From Naegleria gruberi (taxonomy: Eukaryota): a DNA stretch of 64,000 nt. The notes under the pieces were generated by a model. It was not told where the DNA came from, did no database searches, and saw nothing but the letters and a program-made list of their open reading frames with translations. The position numbers were made by a program, and so were the translations under genes. Position 1 is the first letter of the stretch, and every line of letters starts with the position of its first letter. Positions 22,396 to 33,597 of this stretch are shown here, one piece after another. Location: NCBI GenBank assembly GCA_000004985.1, contig GG738860.1. One strand, 5' to 3'.

Positions 22396-24346
22396 ATGCT
22401 AAATCATTCTCCAAACAATGGAGGATCAAACAATTCCGAACTAACCTCATCATCTAAACAAAAACCAGAACCTATTAATATTAATTATTTGGAGTTATTC
22501 AAAAATGTAAAGAATTTTCTATACAATGAAGACATTTTTAAAGATTCCGATGAAAATATTATTAAACAAGGATGTGCTCAACATTATATTAAATTGGAAA
22601 GGAAGGGTTTTTCTCATTTCCCTGATTTTATATTATACAGTAAATCTTTAAAAACAGAATTGGATGTTTTGATTTTATCTCATAATGAAATTAGAGCAAT
22701 TCCTCCTGATATTATTCAATTAGAGGCTTTGAAAATTCTCGATTTGAGTCATAATCATCATATTAAAAACTTTACCTACGAATTAATGAATTTGAAAAAT
22801 TTAATTGGATTAGATTTGAGTTATAATATTATTGAGAGAATTCCTGATGCCTTTTTTGAAAAGATGAAGACTAAAATTATGGTATTAAATCTTGCTAATA
22901 ATAATATTCATTCAATTAGTAACGGAAATTGGGCTGATTTTGCTAAAAAACTAATAGATCTCAATTTATCAGATAACAAAATTGTACATATACCAGATTC
23001 ATTGTGTGAATGTTATAATTTGACATCGTTGAATTTAAGTGCAAATTTCATTCATCATTTACCATATGATTTTTACAAGCTGAGGAAATTAAAATATCTA
23101 CATTTAAACAGAAATAGATTATCTGATTTACCAATGATTGAATATGAAAATGGCGATTTTAGTATATTTTATGATATGGAACTATTGGAAAATTTAGATA
23201 TTTCACATAATTCATTGAGTGAAGAATACCTAAATGGTTTGGGAACACTTCCTAATTTGAAAAAGTATTCCTTTTCACATAATAATATTGTAACATTAAC
23301 TCAAAGTTTTGGGATTTCCCACTCATGTAAATATTTACAAACTGTACATTTGTCAAGTAATTTGTTGGATGAACTGCCAACTATTTTGGCTGATAATTTA
23401 GGGAATACCTTGAAAGAATTGGACATTTGTAATAATAACATCTCAAATCTAGGAGATAATTTCCACAAATTTGTTGTATTGGAAAGACTTTTGATGAATA
23501 GAAACTTTCTGACAGAATTACCAGAATCTATTGGATCTCTGGTTAATTTAGTCGAGTTAAAAGCAAGTAAGAATGAAATTGAAAAAGTTTCTCATCTATG
23601 CTTCAATGAAAATATGAAAAAATTGAAGGAGGTAGATTTGGACTGCAATTTCATTAAAGAGTTACCTTCTTCAATATTTTTATTACCAGAATTGATTACC
23701 TTACGTATAGAAAAGAATCAATTACAATCTATACCAGATACAATTGTAAATAGTCCTAATTTGTATGGTATTTATGCTGCCTACAATGAATTGAAAGAGC
23801 TGCCAGAAAATATTGGGCTTTGTAAATGTTTGAGAAAAATACATGTTGGTAAGTACTCATCATTTTACTACAAATACTCACTCCTGAAAAGAGTATAACT
23901 TTTTAAAGAAGCTCCCTCAATCCTTAAAATTCCTTAAAACTCTCATGATTATTAATTTTGATAATAATTGTAAGGAGATTGTTGAATTTATGAAAAATCA
24001 AATTGAGCTAGACAATGCAGAACGGGAAAATATTCTGAAAGAATATACTACCCTCTATGAAAAGTTTCAACAACAAAGGCAACATGCAAATAAGAGCTTT
24101 TTTGGTTCAAGAAAAAAGAAGGAAGATTCTGATTGTTTCAAACATGAACTAAATAGTTCTGGATTACTCATTTCTTCTCCTCCTTTAGGAACAAGCAGTA
24201 ACATTGAAGACGAAAAAAAGCAAGGTAAAACAAAGGAAGATGACGAAATGAAAACACCGTTAGAATTCATGGCTGAACAGTGTTTCCTTTCTGATATTCT
24301 GAAAAATACTAAGCAGAAAGAGAATTTGCAATGTAGGAGTCAGTAA
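22396..24346 (+). CDS. Leucine-rich-repeat protein (about 15 LRRs) with a charged C-terminal extension
   Basis: Exon 1 is 22396..23844, with many LxxLxLxxNxI repeats. A 64-nt intron at 23845..23908 uses the phase-0 donor CAT|GTTGGTAAGT. Exon 2 is 23909..24346, which continues the LRR (KLPQSLKFLKTLMIINFDNN) into ORF 23945..24346. The donor choice (GTTGGT vs the adjacent GTAAGT) is uncertain. Confidence 0.6.
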
Positions 24347-24361
24347 ATATTATTCAATCCT

Positions 24362-25249
24362 TTATTTCTTTTTCTTTCTCTTTGGATTTTCACCAATAGC
24401 ATTAGCTAATTCTTCCAAAGTTGGTTCAAAATCTTTCTTACTGTGGAATGACCACTTTCTTTCCAAATCGACAGCTTTTCTTCCTTCTGGTGAAAACACT
24501 TGCACAATAATGTTACCAGCATCAACAACCATCCAATTTGTATCAGTTTCACCTTCAATAGTTGGTTTCAATTTAAATAATTTTCTTGCTGTAAGTTCCT
24601 TAATAACACTCTTTGCAAGAGTTTTCATATGACGATGACTACTTCCTGTTACAAAAACTAAATATTCAGCAAATGAACATTTCTCTGTTAAATCCATAAC
24701 AACCAAATCAAGACCAAAATTTTTATCCAACAAGTCACAAACTTCCTCAATGGTTAACAATCGTTTAACTTCTTCTTCAGTTAACAATTTAAAAGAATCT
24801 TCAGGATATCTTTCAGAGAAATCTTCATTCAGTTCAACTGTTGGTATTTCAGCTGGTTCGACCAAATATGATTCTGATACATTTTCCAAGTTTGAAATAT
24901 TTAATTCTGAAACACTTTCAATTTCTGCCTCCTCAACTCCATCATTTAAAATTATTGATGTATTTGGTGATTTTTTACTTGTTGTTGATTTCTTCTTTCT
25001 TGGCTTCTTTTCCACTTCAACTTCATATTGTTTTGCTCTTTGTTCATATTCTTCTAAAAGTGATTCAATTGATGATGACATTGTACCTTCCGATGCTGTT
25101 GTTGTTTTTCTTGTTACTTTCTTGGCATAGCTTCTTTTCAAATCCGCACAAGTAGAAGAATTTATCAAATATAATCCACTGCATTGACTATTTGCCAATC
25201 GGAATGTTTTTTGTGCTTGGAGAGTGCGAGAAGAAATTCGTGAAAGCAT
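24362..25249 (-). CDS. MALSU1: RsfS/Iojap-family ribosomal silencing factor (MALSU1/C7orf30-like), mitochondrial
   Basis: The DUF143 core is present: SFAEYLVFVTGSSHRHMKTLAKSV...IEGETDTNWMVVDAGNIIVQVFSPEGRKAVDLERKWS. The N-terminus looks like a presequence (MLSRISSRTLQAQKTFRLA). 295 aa. Confidence 0.8.
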   Translation of the reverse strand: MLSRISSRTLQAQKTFRLANSQCSGLYLINSSTCADLKRSYAKKVTRKTTTASEGTMSSSIESLLEEYEQRAKQYEVEVEKKPRKKKSTTSKKSPNTSIILNDGVEEAEIESVSELNISNLENVSESYLVEPAEIPTVELNEDFSERYPEDSFKLLTEEEVKRLLTIEEVCDLLDKNFGLDLVVMDLTEKCSFAEYLVFVTGSSHRHMKTLAKSVIKELTARKLFKLKPTIEGETDTNWMVVDAGNIIVQVFSPEGRKAVDLERKWSFHSKKDFEPTLEELANAIGENPKRKKKK

Positions 25250-25276
25250 TTTTTTAAATTATTATTATCAATCAAT

Positions 25277-27431
25277 TTATTCATCTTGCATTTCTTCTTC
25301 ATTGAATTCTTCTTCTTCTTCCTCTTCTTCTTCTCCACCACCTTCTTCAGCTTCATCCATCAAATTGGAAATTTTGGAGGCTGTAAATTTCTTATTGGTT
25401 TGAACTAGGGAACCTAAGAGAACAGAAATAATATCACTCCTCTTTGATTTGTTAATTACTTTCACTTGAGAACCAAATATTGAGTAATTGGTTGGTTCAT
25501 TGTAAGTTCTACAGGCAAATTCAAAAGCTCTGTTGAATGTTCTGATTTTTTGAGGGTTTTGATTGAGTCCACAAATATAAACCTTACTTTCTTGTTGTTT
25601 AATTAAGATAACATGAACTCTTCCAAAGAATTTGTTATACTGTTGAAATAATTTTAAATATGAATATTAGAATTGAAAATATTGAAGTACTAACCTTGAC
25701 AAGTTTCATAAAATGTTGGGTTAATTGATAGAATGCTACAGGTGAAATAGGACTAGAATCAGTTAATTCTGTTTGATTGGCTAATAAATTTGATTGGTCA
25801 ACTTGTGAAGAGAAGGCAAAATTGAAATGTTCAAGACTGATATTAGTTAAATCAATAGCAACAAATTCACGAGTGTGAGTATAGGATTTGTTTTCCATAA
25901 CACTCTTGAAAATATCATTCATTGATTGCCTCATTTGTTTTGCTTTTGTAATACCTTGTTCAATCAAGAGTTTGTTTTGCTTTGCATTGATAATACTGTT
26001 TGAAATTGTTGTAAGTAATTTTTGTTGTGGAACTATTTGCATCATTCCAAGTAATGCAAATACGTGGTCACTTGCTGTCAATGAAAAGGATTGTTCATAA
26101 ACTCTTTCAAATGAATTGAATACTATTGATGATAAGTTATATTGATTCTTCTTCTCTTTCACAGATTTTAAGAATGTTTCTCTTGTTTGAACAGGTAATG
26201 AAAGCCAATTTGATGTAACATCCTGCAGTGTGAGACCTAAATCAGAAATGAATAGTTTCATTGCTTCAATTCCAGTATTTTGCCATGTGTTAAAAGCTCT
26301 TGAAACTAGTGTTGAATTTAAACAGGCATCAAAAATACTCCAATGTCTCATCAATTCAATATTCAAATCAAAATAATTATTCTTAATATAATCAGCATCG
26401 AGTGGAATTGAAATACCATCAAATGATTTTTCATTTGATTTGTAAGTGTTATCTGAAGATAATTTAAAGTAATAATCTGGATATTCATTATCTGTAAATC
26501 TATCAAATAAATAATGATAGGTCAGTGATAAAATAGCAGCCCATCTCATTGAAATTGAAACAGTTTGTTGATCCAAGAATGTGTACAATAAGAAAGCAGA
26601 AGGCTTATTAAAACCATCACTATTGTTATATAGAATAACTCTTTCTTCACTTGTACTTGCAAAGTAATTATCATCCAAATCAGACAATACAGAGTCATTA
26701 TCACTAGCCATTCTATCATCATCATCATCACCTTCCTCATCATCACTTCCAATATTACTTCCAACTTCATTCTCATCTTCATCATGTACAATGAAATCTT
26801 GCATTTCCTTATCATTGCGAAGATCATCGTCATCATCTTCAAAGTAATCTTCATTCAATGCTTCATCGGGATTATTTGTTATCTTTTCAACGACTAGTCT
26901 TGCTTGTTCATCAAATGTACTACTCGAAGAAAAGCCTCCATCATTTGCTTTAATAATTTCATCAACAAAACTCTTCTTTACAAAATGATATCTACTTTGT
27001 TTATCCTCATCCTTGTCAACTAGTAAATGTACATTCTTAACTTGTTGAAGTGTTGTAAATACATTGCATAAATAAAAAGGCCTATACGAATCCAAAACAA
27101 AAAAGTGTTTGTCTTGAAATTTATGGAAATCCCTATATTGACCACCACAATTTAACAAGAAGAATATTGTCTTGTCACTATTACTTTCAATATTTTGTGT
27201 AATTTCATCATGGTTGTTGACTAACACTGCTGCATAATTACCAAAGAAACGATCCGATTGATAAATACATGATAATATATGAAATGATGCAAGTGCATCA
27301 ACATCAAGACTTGCTACTAGAAAAATAGTGTCTCGGACTGGTATTTCACTTATTACATCTCTAATCCCTTGGAAGGTTGAAATAAACGAGGAAAATTGTT
27401 GTGAATTTTCATCAGAGAAGAGATTTGACAT
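25277..27431 (-). CDS. CDC45: Cell division control protein 45 (CDC45)
   Basis: Exon 1 is 25695..27431: IFLVASLDVDALASFHIL matches CDC45 LLFVASDVDALCACKIL, followed by an acidic insert. A 55-nt intron at 25640..25694 (GTTAGT...AACAG) leads to exon 2 at 25277..25639. That exon encodes ...FNRAFEFACRT...VKVINKSKRSDIISVLLGSL..., matching the CDC45 C-terminus (FGRAFEKAAE...DRSKFLDALISLL). TAA stop. Confidence 0.9.
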
Positions 27432-27948
27432 TTTTTTTAAAAATTTGAATTTGCAAAAAAACGGTAATTGGCGGGAAAGCTTTTACTTCCGAATCCAAGA
27501 GTGATCCAACACAATTTATAACTTAGTCCCATAATTCAGATCAATTCCAAAATCCACCTAACCAAGATGGCACGATTAGAAGTGCAGTGCTGAGGAATGT
27601 AGCTCAGAAGGGAGAGCGGGCAATATGCAGCATCTACTTCCATGGAGCAACATGCTGCTTTGGAGCATTTGAAAAGATGTGATATTGTAGTATGCCTCCG
27701 CCATGTGGTGAAAATCACATGCGTATGAATAGGGCCAGGTCGATTGATCGAAGCAATCCATTCCTCAACATACCACTTTTTAAACTTTTTATTTAAGAAA
27801 ATGGTCAAATATTGGTTGGGAATGAAAGCAACAACTTTAGCAATTAAATTGTATCAAGTATTAAGGTGTGTTAAGATCATTCTCTCTGGGTTGATTTTCT
27901 ACACTAGTCACATTATCTACACTTCTATCAGAGGACTATTGTTAAGTG

Positions 27949-28851
27949 TTATTTGTAAATGATTAGTTTTTTTGTATCTCTCTCACAAACGAACATTTCA
28001 CCATTCTGTTCATTAATTACAATCCCATAAAGACCAGTTACTTTGATTTCCTTCACAAGATTGAGTTCTCTATCCAATATGAACATTTGGCCATCATTAT
28101 CTGTCAAATAAATTAGTTTCGTCTTTCTTTCATACCAAACTCCAAAACATGTATTAATCGTCACTGGTCCATTATCATTCGAATAACTTTTAATCTTTTC
28201 CCAAGAAGAAGAATTTAAATTAAATTTGAGAATGTGCAACTGATTACTTCCACAAACAATCATTTCCTCTTCTGGTGTGAAAACCATATCCACCATTTCA
28301 TTACCCAATCCTACAGTAATCTCTGTTTTTTCTTCACCTGTTTTCAAATCAAATACATAAATTTTTGAATCATAATCAACTACATAAAGTTCAGTTTTAA
28401 AACATCTGACAGCTCAAACATGATCAAATCTAATTGGAACTTGAAAAATTGGTTCACCAAAACTCTTTTCTCTCAATATTCTTTTAAAATCATATTTTAC
28501 AACATGATTTCTCCTGGTGGAGAGTATCAAATTTAACTGTCCTGAATTTTCCCTTTCAAAATCAATTCCATAAACTCCTTCACCAAAATGAATTGATTCT
28601 TGAACTGGTTGATGAGTGATCAAATCATAGATTTCTAAAGAATCATGAGAACCAGTAACTAAATAATTAAATTCCCTACAAATTGCCATATTAAAAGAAC
28701 CATTTGAAATTGCATCAATTCGTCTGAAATTTTGTGAAAATTCCACAAGAGGAGGTGATTTAAATTTTTCTTTCAATTTTGTAAATAAATTCGGAGAGAT
28801 TGGATGAAGATCAATCAGAGTGAGAGTTGTTGTTGCTGATGGTTCTTCCAT
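27949..28851 (-). pseudogene. NHL/YVTN-like beta-propeller repeat protein, paralog B, interrupted by one in-frame TGA (possible pseudogene or sequencing error)
   Basis: ORFs 28414..28851 and 27949..28347 are in the same frame, separated only by TGA at 28414-28416. That TGA aligns with the TGG (Trp) codon of paralog A (FDNVWGIEV vs FDHV*AVRC). Both halves are otherwise intact. Confidence 0.5.
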
Positions 28852-29252
28852 TTTTTTATAAAGTTTTTCTTCCTTTTAAACTTTAAATTATCTCAGCATT
28901 TAAGGTGTTTGTTTTTGGACTCAAAAATAAAATTAATAACAGATGGCAAAGAAACTAATATTTTAGAAAGTTCGAATTACAATATTGAACACTAAAATAG
29001 ATTCAGTTCTAGAGTGATGTTGTGAATAATTGAACTTGAAATTTCAACATGGCAGTGGAAGGTCCTATTTCAAGATCCCTTAATTTCAAAATTCAGTGTG
29101 AGGCACACAGTTCAAAAGTTAAGAAATGAAATAATGTTGTTAAAATACTGCTCAGTACTGATGATCGGTGAAAATAAATTGATTAAAAAAGGAAGGGGAA
29201 CTTGTCTTACCTAATAGCAAGACATTTGACATTGAAAATGGAGCAACAAAAA

Positions 29253-30186
29253 AATGTCTTCAGGCAAATTGGAATATACCGTTGTTATTGTTGGTGATGG
29301 TGGTGTTGGAAAGACAAGGTAAAGTGTCAACAATATTTTCTATCAACAACTGACATTTTAGTTTAACAATTTATTTAACAGAGGGAAGATTTGAAGCAGA
29401 ATACAATCCAACTATTGGTATGTTTACAATCCAATAATTATTTAACATTATTATTCAATTATTATTATTCAATACATACATATAATTAGAGGATGTAAGT
29501 TGTAACAATGATCGGAAATATATAATGCTGATAATTATAGACTTATCAGAAAATAATGAATATTAACAATGAAAGATTATTACTCAACATTTTGGATACT
29601 GCAGGTCAGGTAATTACATATTCAAAATATATTATTTTAATAATATTAATGAAATATAGGAGGAATATCAATTGGTAAGTTGACTATTGAAATGTGTAAT
29701 TGTTAAAATTATTAGTTACGTGATCAACATTGGAGATCAGGAGATGGATTTGTCATGTAAGTTTATTAACTCGAGTTCAACACTTTACATTTGAATTTCA
29801 CAGTGTATTTGATGTGACAAATAGGAAGACTTTTGAGGATGTGACAAGTTTTGGTGAACATATTTTGAAGAGTAAGGATGGAAATGAAGTTCCAATTGTA
29901 TTATGTGGAAATAAATGTGATTTACCTGCAACATCAAGACAAGTCACTGAAGTTGAAGCTAAGAAATTATGTGAAGAAAATGAATGGTACTATTTTGAAA
30001 CATCTGCTAAGGTAAGTTGACCAGTAAATTCAATAATAATTTACAAAATTATTATAGAAAGGAACAAATGTTAATATTGCATTTGAAACTCTTTGTAAAG
30101 GTATTATTGAATTTAATAGCACTCCAGCTAAGGAAGAAAAACCAAAAAAGAAAGGATTATTCTCAAAGATATTCAAAAGAAAGTAA
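29253..30186 (+). CDS. Ras-family small GTPase (about 190 aa, no C-terminal CAAX), 8 exons
   Basis: Exon coordinates:
- 29253..29317
- 29361..29416
- 29490..29494 (5-nt microexon AGGAT)
- 29541..29609
- 29660..29674 (15 nt)
- 29716..29756
- 29804..30011
- 30058..30186

Introns are 43, 73, 46, 50, 41, 47 and 46 nt, all GT-AG.

Spliced product: MSSGKLEYTVVIVGDGGVGKTSLTIYLTEGRFEAEYNPTIEDTYQKIMNINNERLLLNILDTAGQEEYQLLRDQHWRSGDGFVIVFDVTNRKTFEDV...LCGNKCDL...ETSAKKGTNV...KRK*. It has the G1-G5 motifs and the Ras TIEDSY switch-I motif. Confidence 0.8.
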
Positions 30187-30239
30187 TGTACATAAGAACT
30201 AACTGCTCCAACAACTAGTGTAACATATTAAATATTATT

Positions 30240-31283
30240 TCAATTCATAATCATATCTGCTGAACTATCCATAAATCTATTGATCAATGTGGAATATATC
30301 ATTCTTTCATCACCAATTTTAGAGTCAATGATTGGATAGGAAGTCAGATTGATGGAGTGAATTAATTCATATGGATCTTTAACTTTTTCTTTGAGGATTG
30401 TTACATTCATTGTGTCAAAAAGTGGACTAAACTCTGACAATTCTAGAAATACTGTTTTAAATCCCAATTCTATGGCTGGAACTACCATCTCAACAGTCTG
30501 AGTGCAAGTCATCATTCTACTTCCATGAATAGATGAACCATCCAAGACACAACAATCATTAGCTCTCTTTTCTTCAAAACTCATATCCATATCAAGGTCA
30601 TTATTGATATAATACGCCTTCTGATACCCAACAAGACATAATGAAGGAGGCTTATTTGGAGATGAGTGATATCTAATCTTGGGAAAGAAGGTTGGATCCA
30701 ATACAAGTGGTATCTCTTCTTTAGTATTGAAAAGAGCCAGTTTGGAAGCAAAATTTTTGTACTTCTTCGATAGCTCGCTACTTTCGAATAGAACACCATG
30801 CTTGATACTCAAACAGAAGACTCCAGAAATTGCAACAAAATTCTCTCTTGTTTTTGGTTTGTTCTGGAATGATTGAATCCACTGATTGTAAAATCTGTCG
30901 AGTGTTCTGAGAAAGTTTCCAACATAATCATCTTCAGGAAGTTTGTAAAGTGTCCAAAAAGCCTCCTGAACTTTCTCCAAATTAAAATTAACAGGCAAGG
31001 CTTTGAAAATTATCAAATCAATTACTTTAATCAGAATTTCGGAATAGTGTTTTTTCTGTTCATCATCTCTTGTTCTAATATGCCTCAATTCTAGGCTTTT
31101 TTTATTCTCCATAATAGCCTTCAAAGACTTTCTATCGAGTTTAGGGATGATATCATTATTGATGGTGTCTAGCAGAGTTGGAATTCTAGTATCTACCACA
31201 TGTTGATTCCTTTCTGATAAAGCCTCTAAATTGGGAATCAATTGAGTCATTGTATTCTCAATCTTGTTCAATAATAGATCCAT
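30240..31283 (-). CDS. Hypothetical protein (347 aa)
   Basis: Single ORF with a TAA stop. No confident domain is recognised. Confidence 0.45.
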   Translation of the reverse strand: MDLLLNKIENTMTQLIPNLEALSERNQHVVDTRIPTLLDTINNDIIPKLDRKSLKAIMENKKSLELRHIRTRDDEQKKHYSEILIKVIDLIIFKALPVNFNLEKVQEAFWTLYKLPEDDYVGNFLRTLDRFYNQWIQSFQNKPKTRENFVAISGVFCLSIKHGVLFESSELSKKYKNFASKLALFNTKEEIPLVLDPTFFPKIRYHSSPNKPPSLCLVGYQKAYYINNDLDMDMSFEEKRANDCCVLDGSSIHGSRMMTCTQTVEMVVPAIELGFKTVFLELSEFSPLFDTMNVTILKEKVKDPYELIHSINLTSYPIIDSKIGDERMIYSTLINRFMDSSADMIMN

Positions 31284-31389
31284 AGCTGATGATGAGATGT
31301 TGTGGTGTTTTTTTTGATTGTGTTGATAAACAAAATAGTGTACAAATGGAGTTATTTACAAAAGTTAGGCTTGTGTTGAAGAAATGAAT

Positions 31390-33597
31390 TTATATAAATT
31401 CATCATTATACGAATCTACTTCATGTTTACACACAGCACAAATCTTCTTTTGAATGAGCCAATTATCAATACATTCCTTGTGGAAAATGTGGAAACATGG
31501 AAGAGTTCTTAATTCTTCTCCTTCCTCATAGTCGCATAAGCAAATTGGACAAGTTGTATTCGTCTAATCAAAATTCAAATATATATTAACATGTAAAATT
31601 AAATAAAACACTTACGTGAGCACCTTCTTGATGTTTGTAAATATGTGTAGGTAAAGTAGCAAGATATTCTCGTGTAAGACCTTGTGAAACAGGTCTAGAT
31701 CTGGATTCCATGAGTTCTTGTAAAAAGTGAACTAATGCTGCGTTTCTTCCAGTATCTGGCGTATTCTCACCCTCATTTTGTTGTTGAGATTCTTGTTGTT
31801 CTCTAATTAAGGAATGCAAATATAAAACCATTAGAGGTGATAAGTTATTGTTTGTTGGATTTCCACTTCGAATAGCTCTCATTGCTTCGGAATTATTGAG
31901 AATATCTCTGACTGACATTGGCGGGTCATCACTTTCTTGAAGTTCAACATCGTTAGATGATTCACCATGTTGTCTTCTGTAATATCTATCAATAATCTTA
32001 GTTCTAAATGTTACCCAAATACAAATACAAAATAGAGGAACAAGAATTGGTATGAAAATTCCCAAATATTCAAACCATTTCAATTCTGACATTTCCCCAT
32101 AATAGCTTATCAAACCAAAGCAAACATTAAGTGGAACACTACAAACTGCTGCTGTAATAGCATCCATACGGTTTCTAAGTCTTTGCTTTTTTTGAGTTTC
32201 ATTCAAGTGGTGGTCGGTTTCATCTTGAATGGTTTCACCAGCATCATCTCTTCTTTTTCTTTCAACTCCATTATAGATAGTGATAAGGAATCCTGAAAGT
32301 GTCATGAAATTGTCATCTTTGATATTATTATTTCTGTTAGGATTTGGTGCTAGCGAGAAGGACTTTACAGCAAAAATGATATCAAATAATAAAATTGCTG
32401 TGTTCAAACAAAATAGAGGAATAATTGAAAATGCATAAGGTATATACTGGACATACTTGTCTAATCTTACTCCCAATAAAATAAAGAATGCAACAATACA
32501 CAATAAAAAGCCGAATAACTCTAAAAAAACTTGAGCTCTATAATTGCTTGCACCAGCCATTAAAACTAAATAAATATAACCAGCTGCAAATTGAAGAGTT
32601 GCATAAACCATTATAGGAATAAAAATTGACATATAAGTTAGTGGAGTAAATTCATCTTTCCAATCCAATTTCAAACATAATAAAATAGTACAACTCAAAA
32701 AAACGGTCAACCCAACTAATAAACTGTATCCAACGAATCTATCAATTGATTTTCTCTTTTCTCTTTGAATAGATCTAACGGAACTATATAAAAGAGGATC
32801 AGCACTTCTAAATGTGACGCTATCTCTAGCAATAGTTTCTAACTGTGACCTATATCTTTCGAATCTTCTATATTGTCTATTATAATGTCTTCTCCATTTA
32901 ATAATATCCTTTACAGCCCAAAATATTATTGAAGATAATAAGAATACAACCATGAAATATGTTGGAATCATAACCATTATCCATCCAAATACCCAAACAG
33001 GAGCTTCAAACATAAAACGTGCCTCTAATTTAAACAGAATGAGTGACAATTGGAGGAACAGGAAATAAACTGTATAAACTGAGTTTACAAGTCCAGTCTT
33101 CCAAAATGGGATTTTACTATTAATTTTGATTAGAAATTAGAAAATAAAGAAACAAACCTTCCATTAGCAATATGGAATCCATTCACTTCACTAAAATTTC
33201 GATGTCTACGAGAACGGGATGGTCGTATTCGGTAAAATCGTTGACCCAAAGCTAATCTTGTAGCCAACTCATTAAGAGGTTCTTGTCCTGTTGTTGTTTG
33301 GTTATTGTTATTACTATTATCACCTTCTTGTTGATCATTACTAGCTGATGGTTGTTGTGATATTTCTCTTCCACTATTATTATTATTCTCTGAAGAATTA
33401 TTATTACTACTACCCGCTGCTTGTATTTCTTCCTCTTCATCATCACTTTGCAAATCATCAACGTCATCAATTAATAAATTATGACCATTACGTGTTGTTC
33501 TCATTGATGAATCACGATGATGCCGTAAGAGATCATTCAACGAGCTCGAACCAAACAACCCACTAGTCAAGTTGGATGCAGAGGAAGACTGAGACAT
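31390..33597 (-). CDS. Multi-pass transmembrane RING-H2 E3 ubiquitin ligase with an S/N-rich N-terminal region
   Basis: Exon 1 is 33168..33597 and ends ...NGS. A 41-nt intron at 33127..33167 (GTTTGT...AATAG) leads to exon 2 at 31616..33126, which has about 10 TM segments. A 52-nt intron at 31564..31615 (GTAAGT...GATTAG) leads to exon 3 at 31390..31563. Exon 3 encodes [45 protein letters not shown], a perfect RING-H2 (C3H2C3). All junctions are phase-consistent. Confidence 0.7.

Noticed and set aside
23849-23908. Canonical GTAAGT donor (phase 1) for the LRR gene intron
   Set aside because: No downstream AG acceptor restores the frame from a phase-1 donor. Only the adjacent phase-0 GTTGGT donor (23845) with the acceptor at 23908 (or 23911) keeps the LRR frame. 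I retained this as the model, but at reduced confidence.
27590-27640. tRNA gene suggested by a D-arm-like string TGTAGCTCAGAAGGGAGAGCG
   Set aside because: No anticodon stem, T-arm (GTTCGAATC) or acceptor pairing can be formed on either strand. I kept it only as part of the candidate ncRNA island.
27640-27760. 5S rRNA or U-snRNA identity for the GC-rich island
   Set aside because: I could find no convincing match to the conserved 5S, U1, U2, U4, U5 or U6 sequence blocks by eye. It needs a covariance-model search.
28414-28416. Possibility that TGA encodes Trp or selenocysteine in this organism
   Set aside because: TGA terminates the Rab-like gene and is absent from all other long ORFs. The position aligns with Trp, not Cys/Sec. 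No SECIS-like context is evident. A nonsense mutation or base error is more parsimonious.
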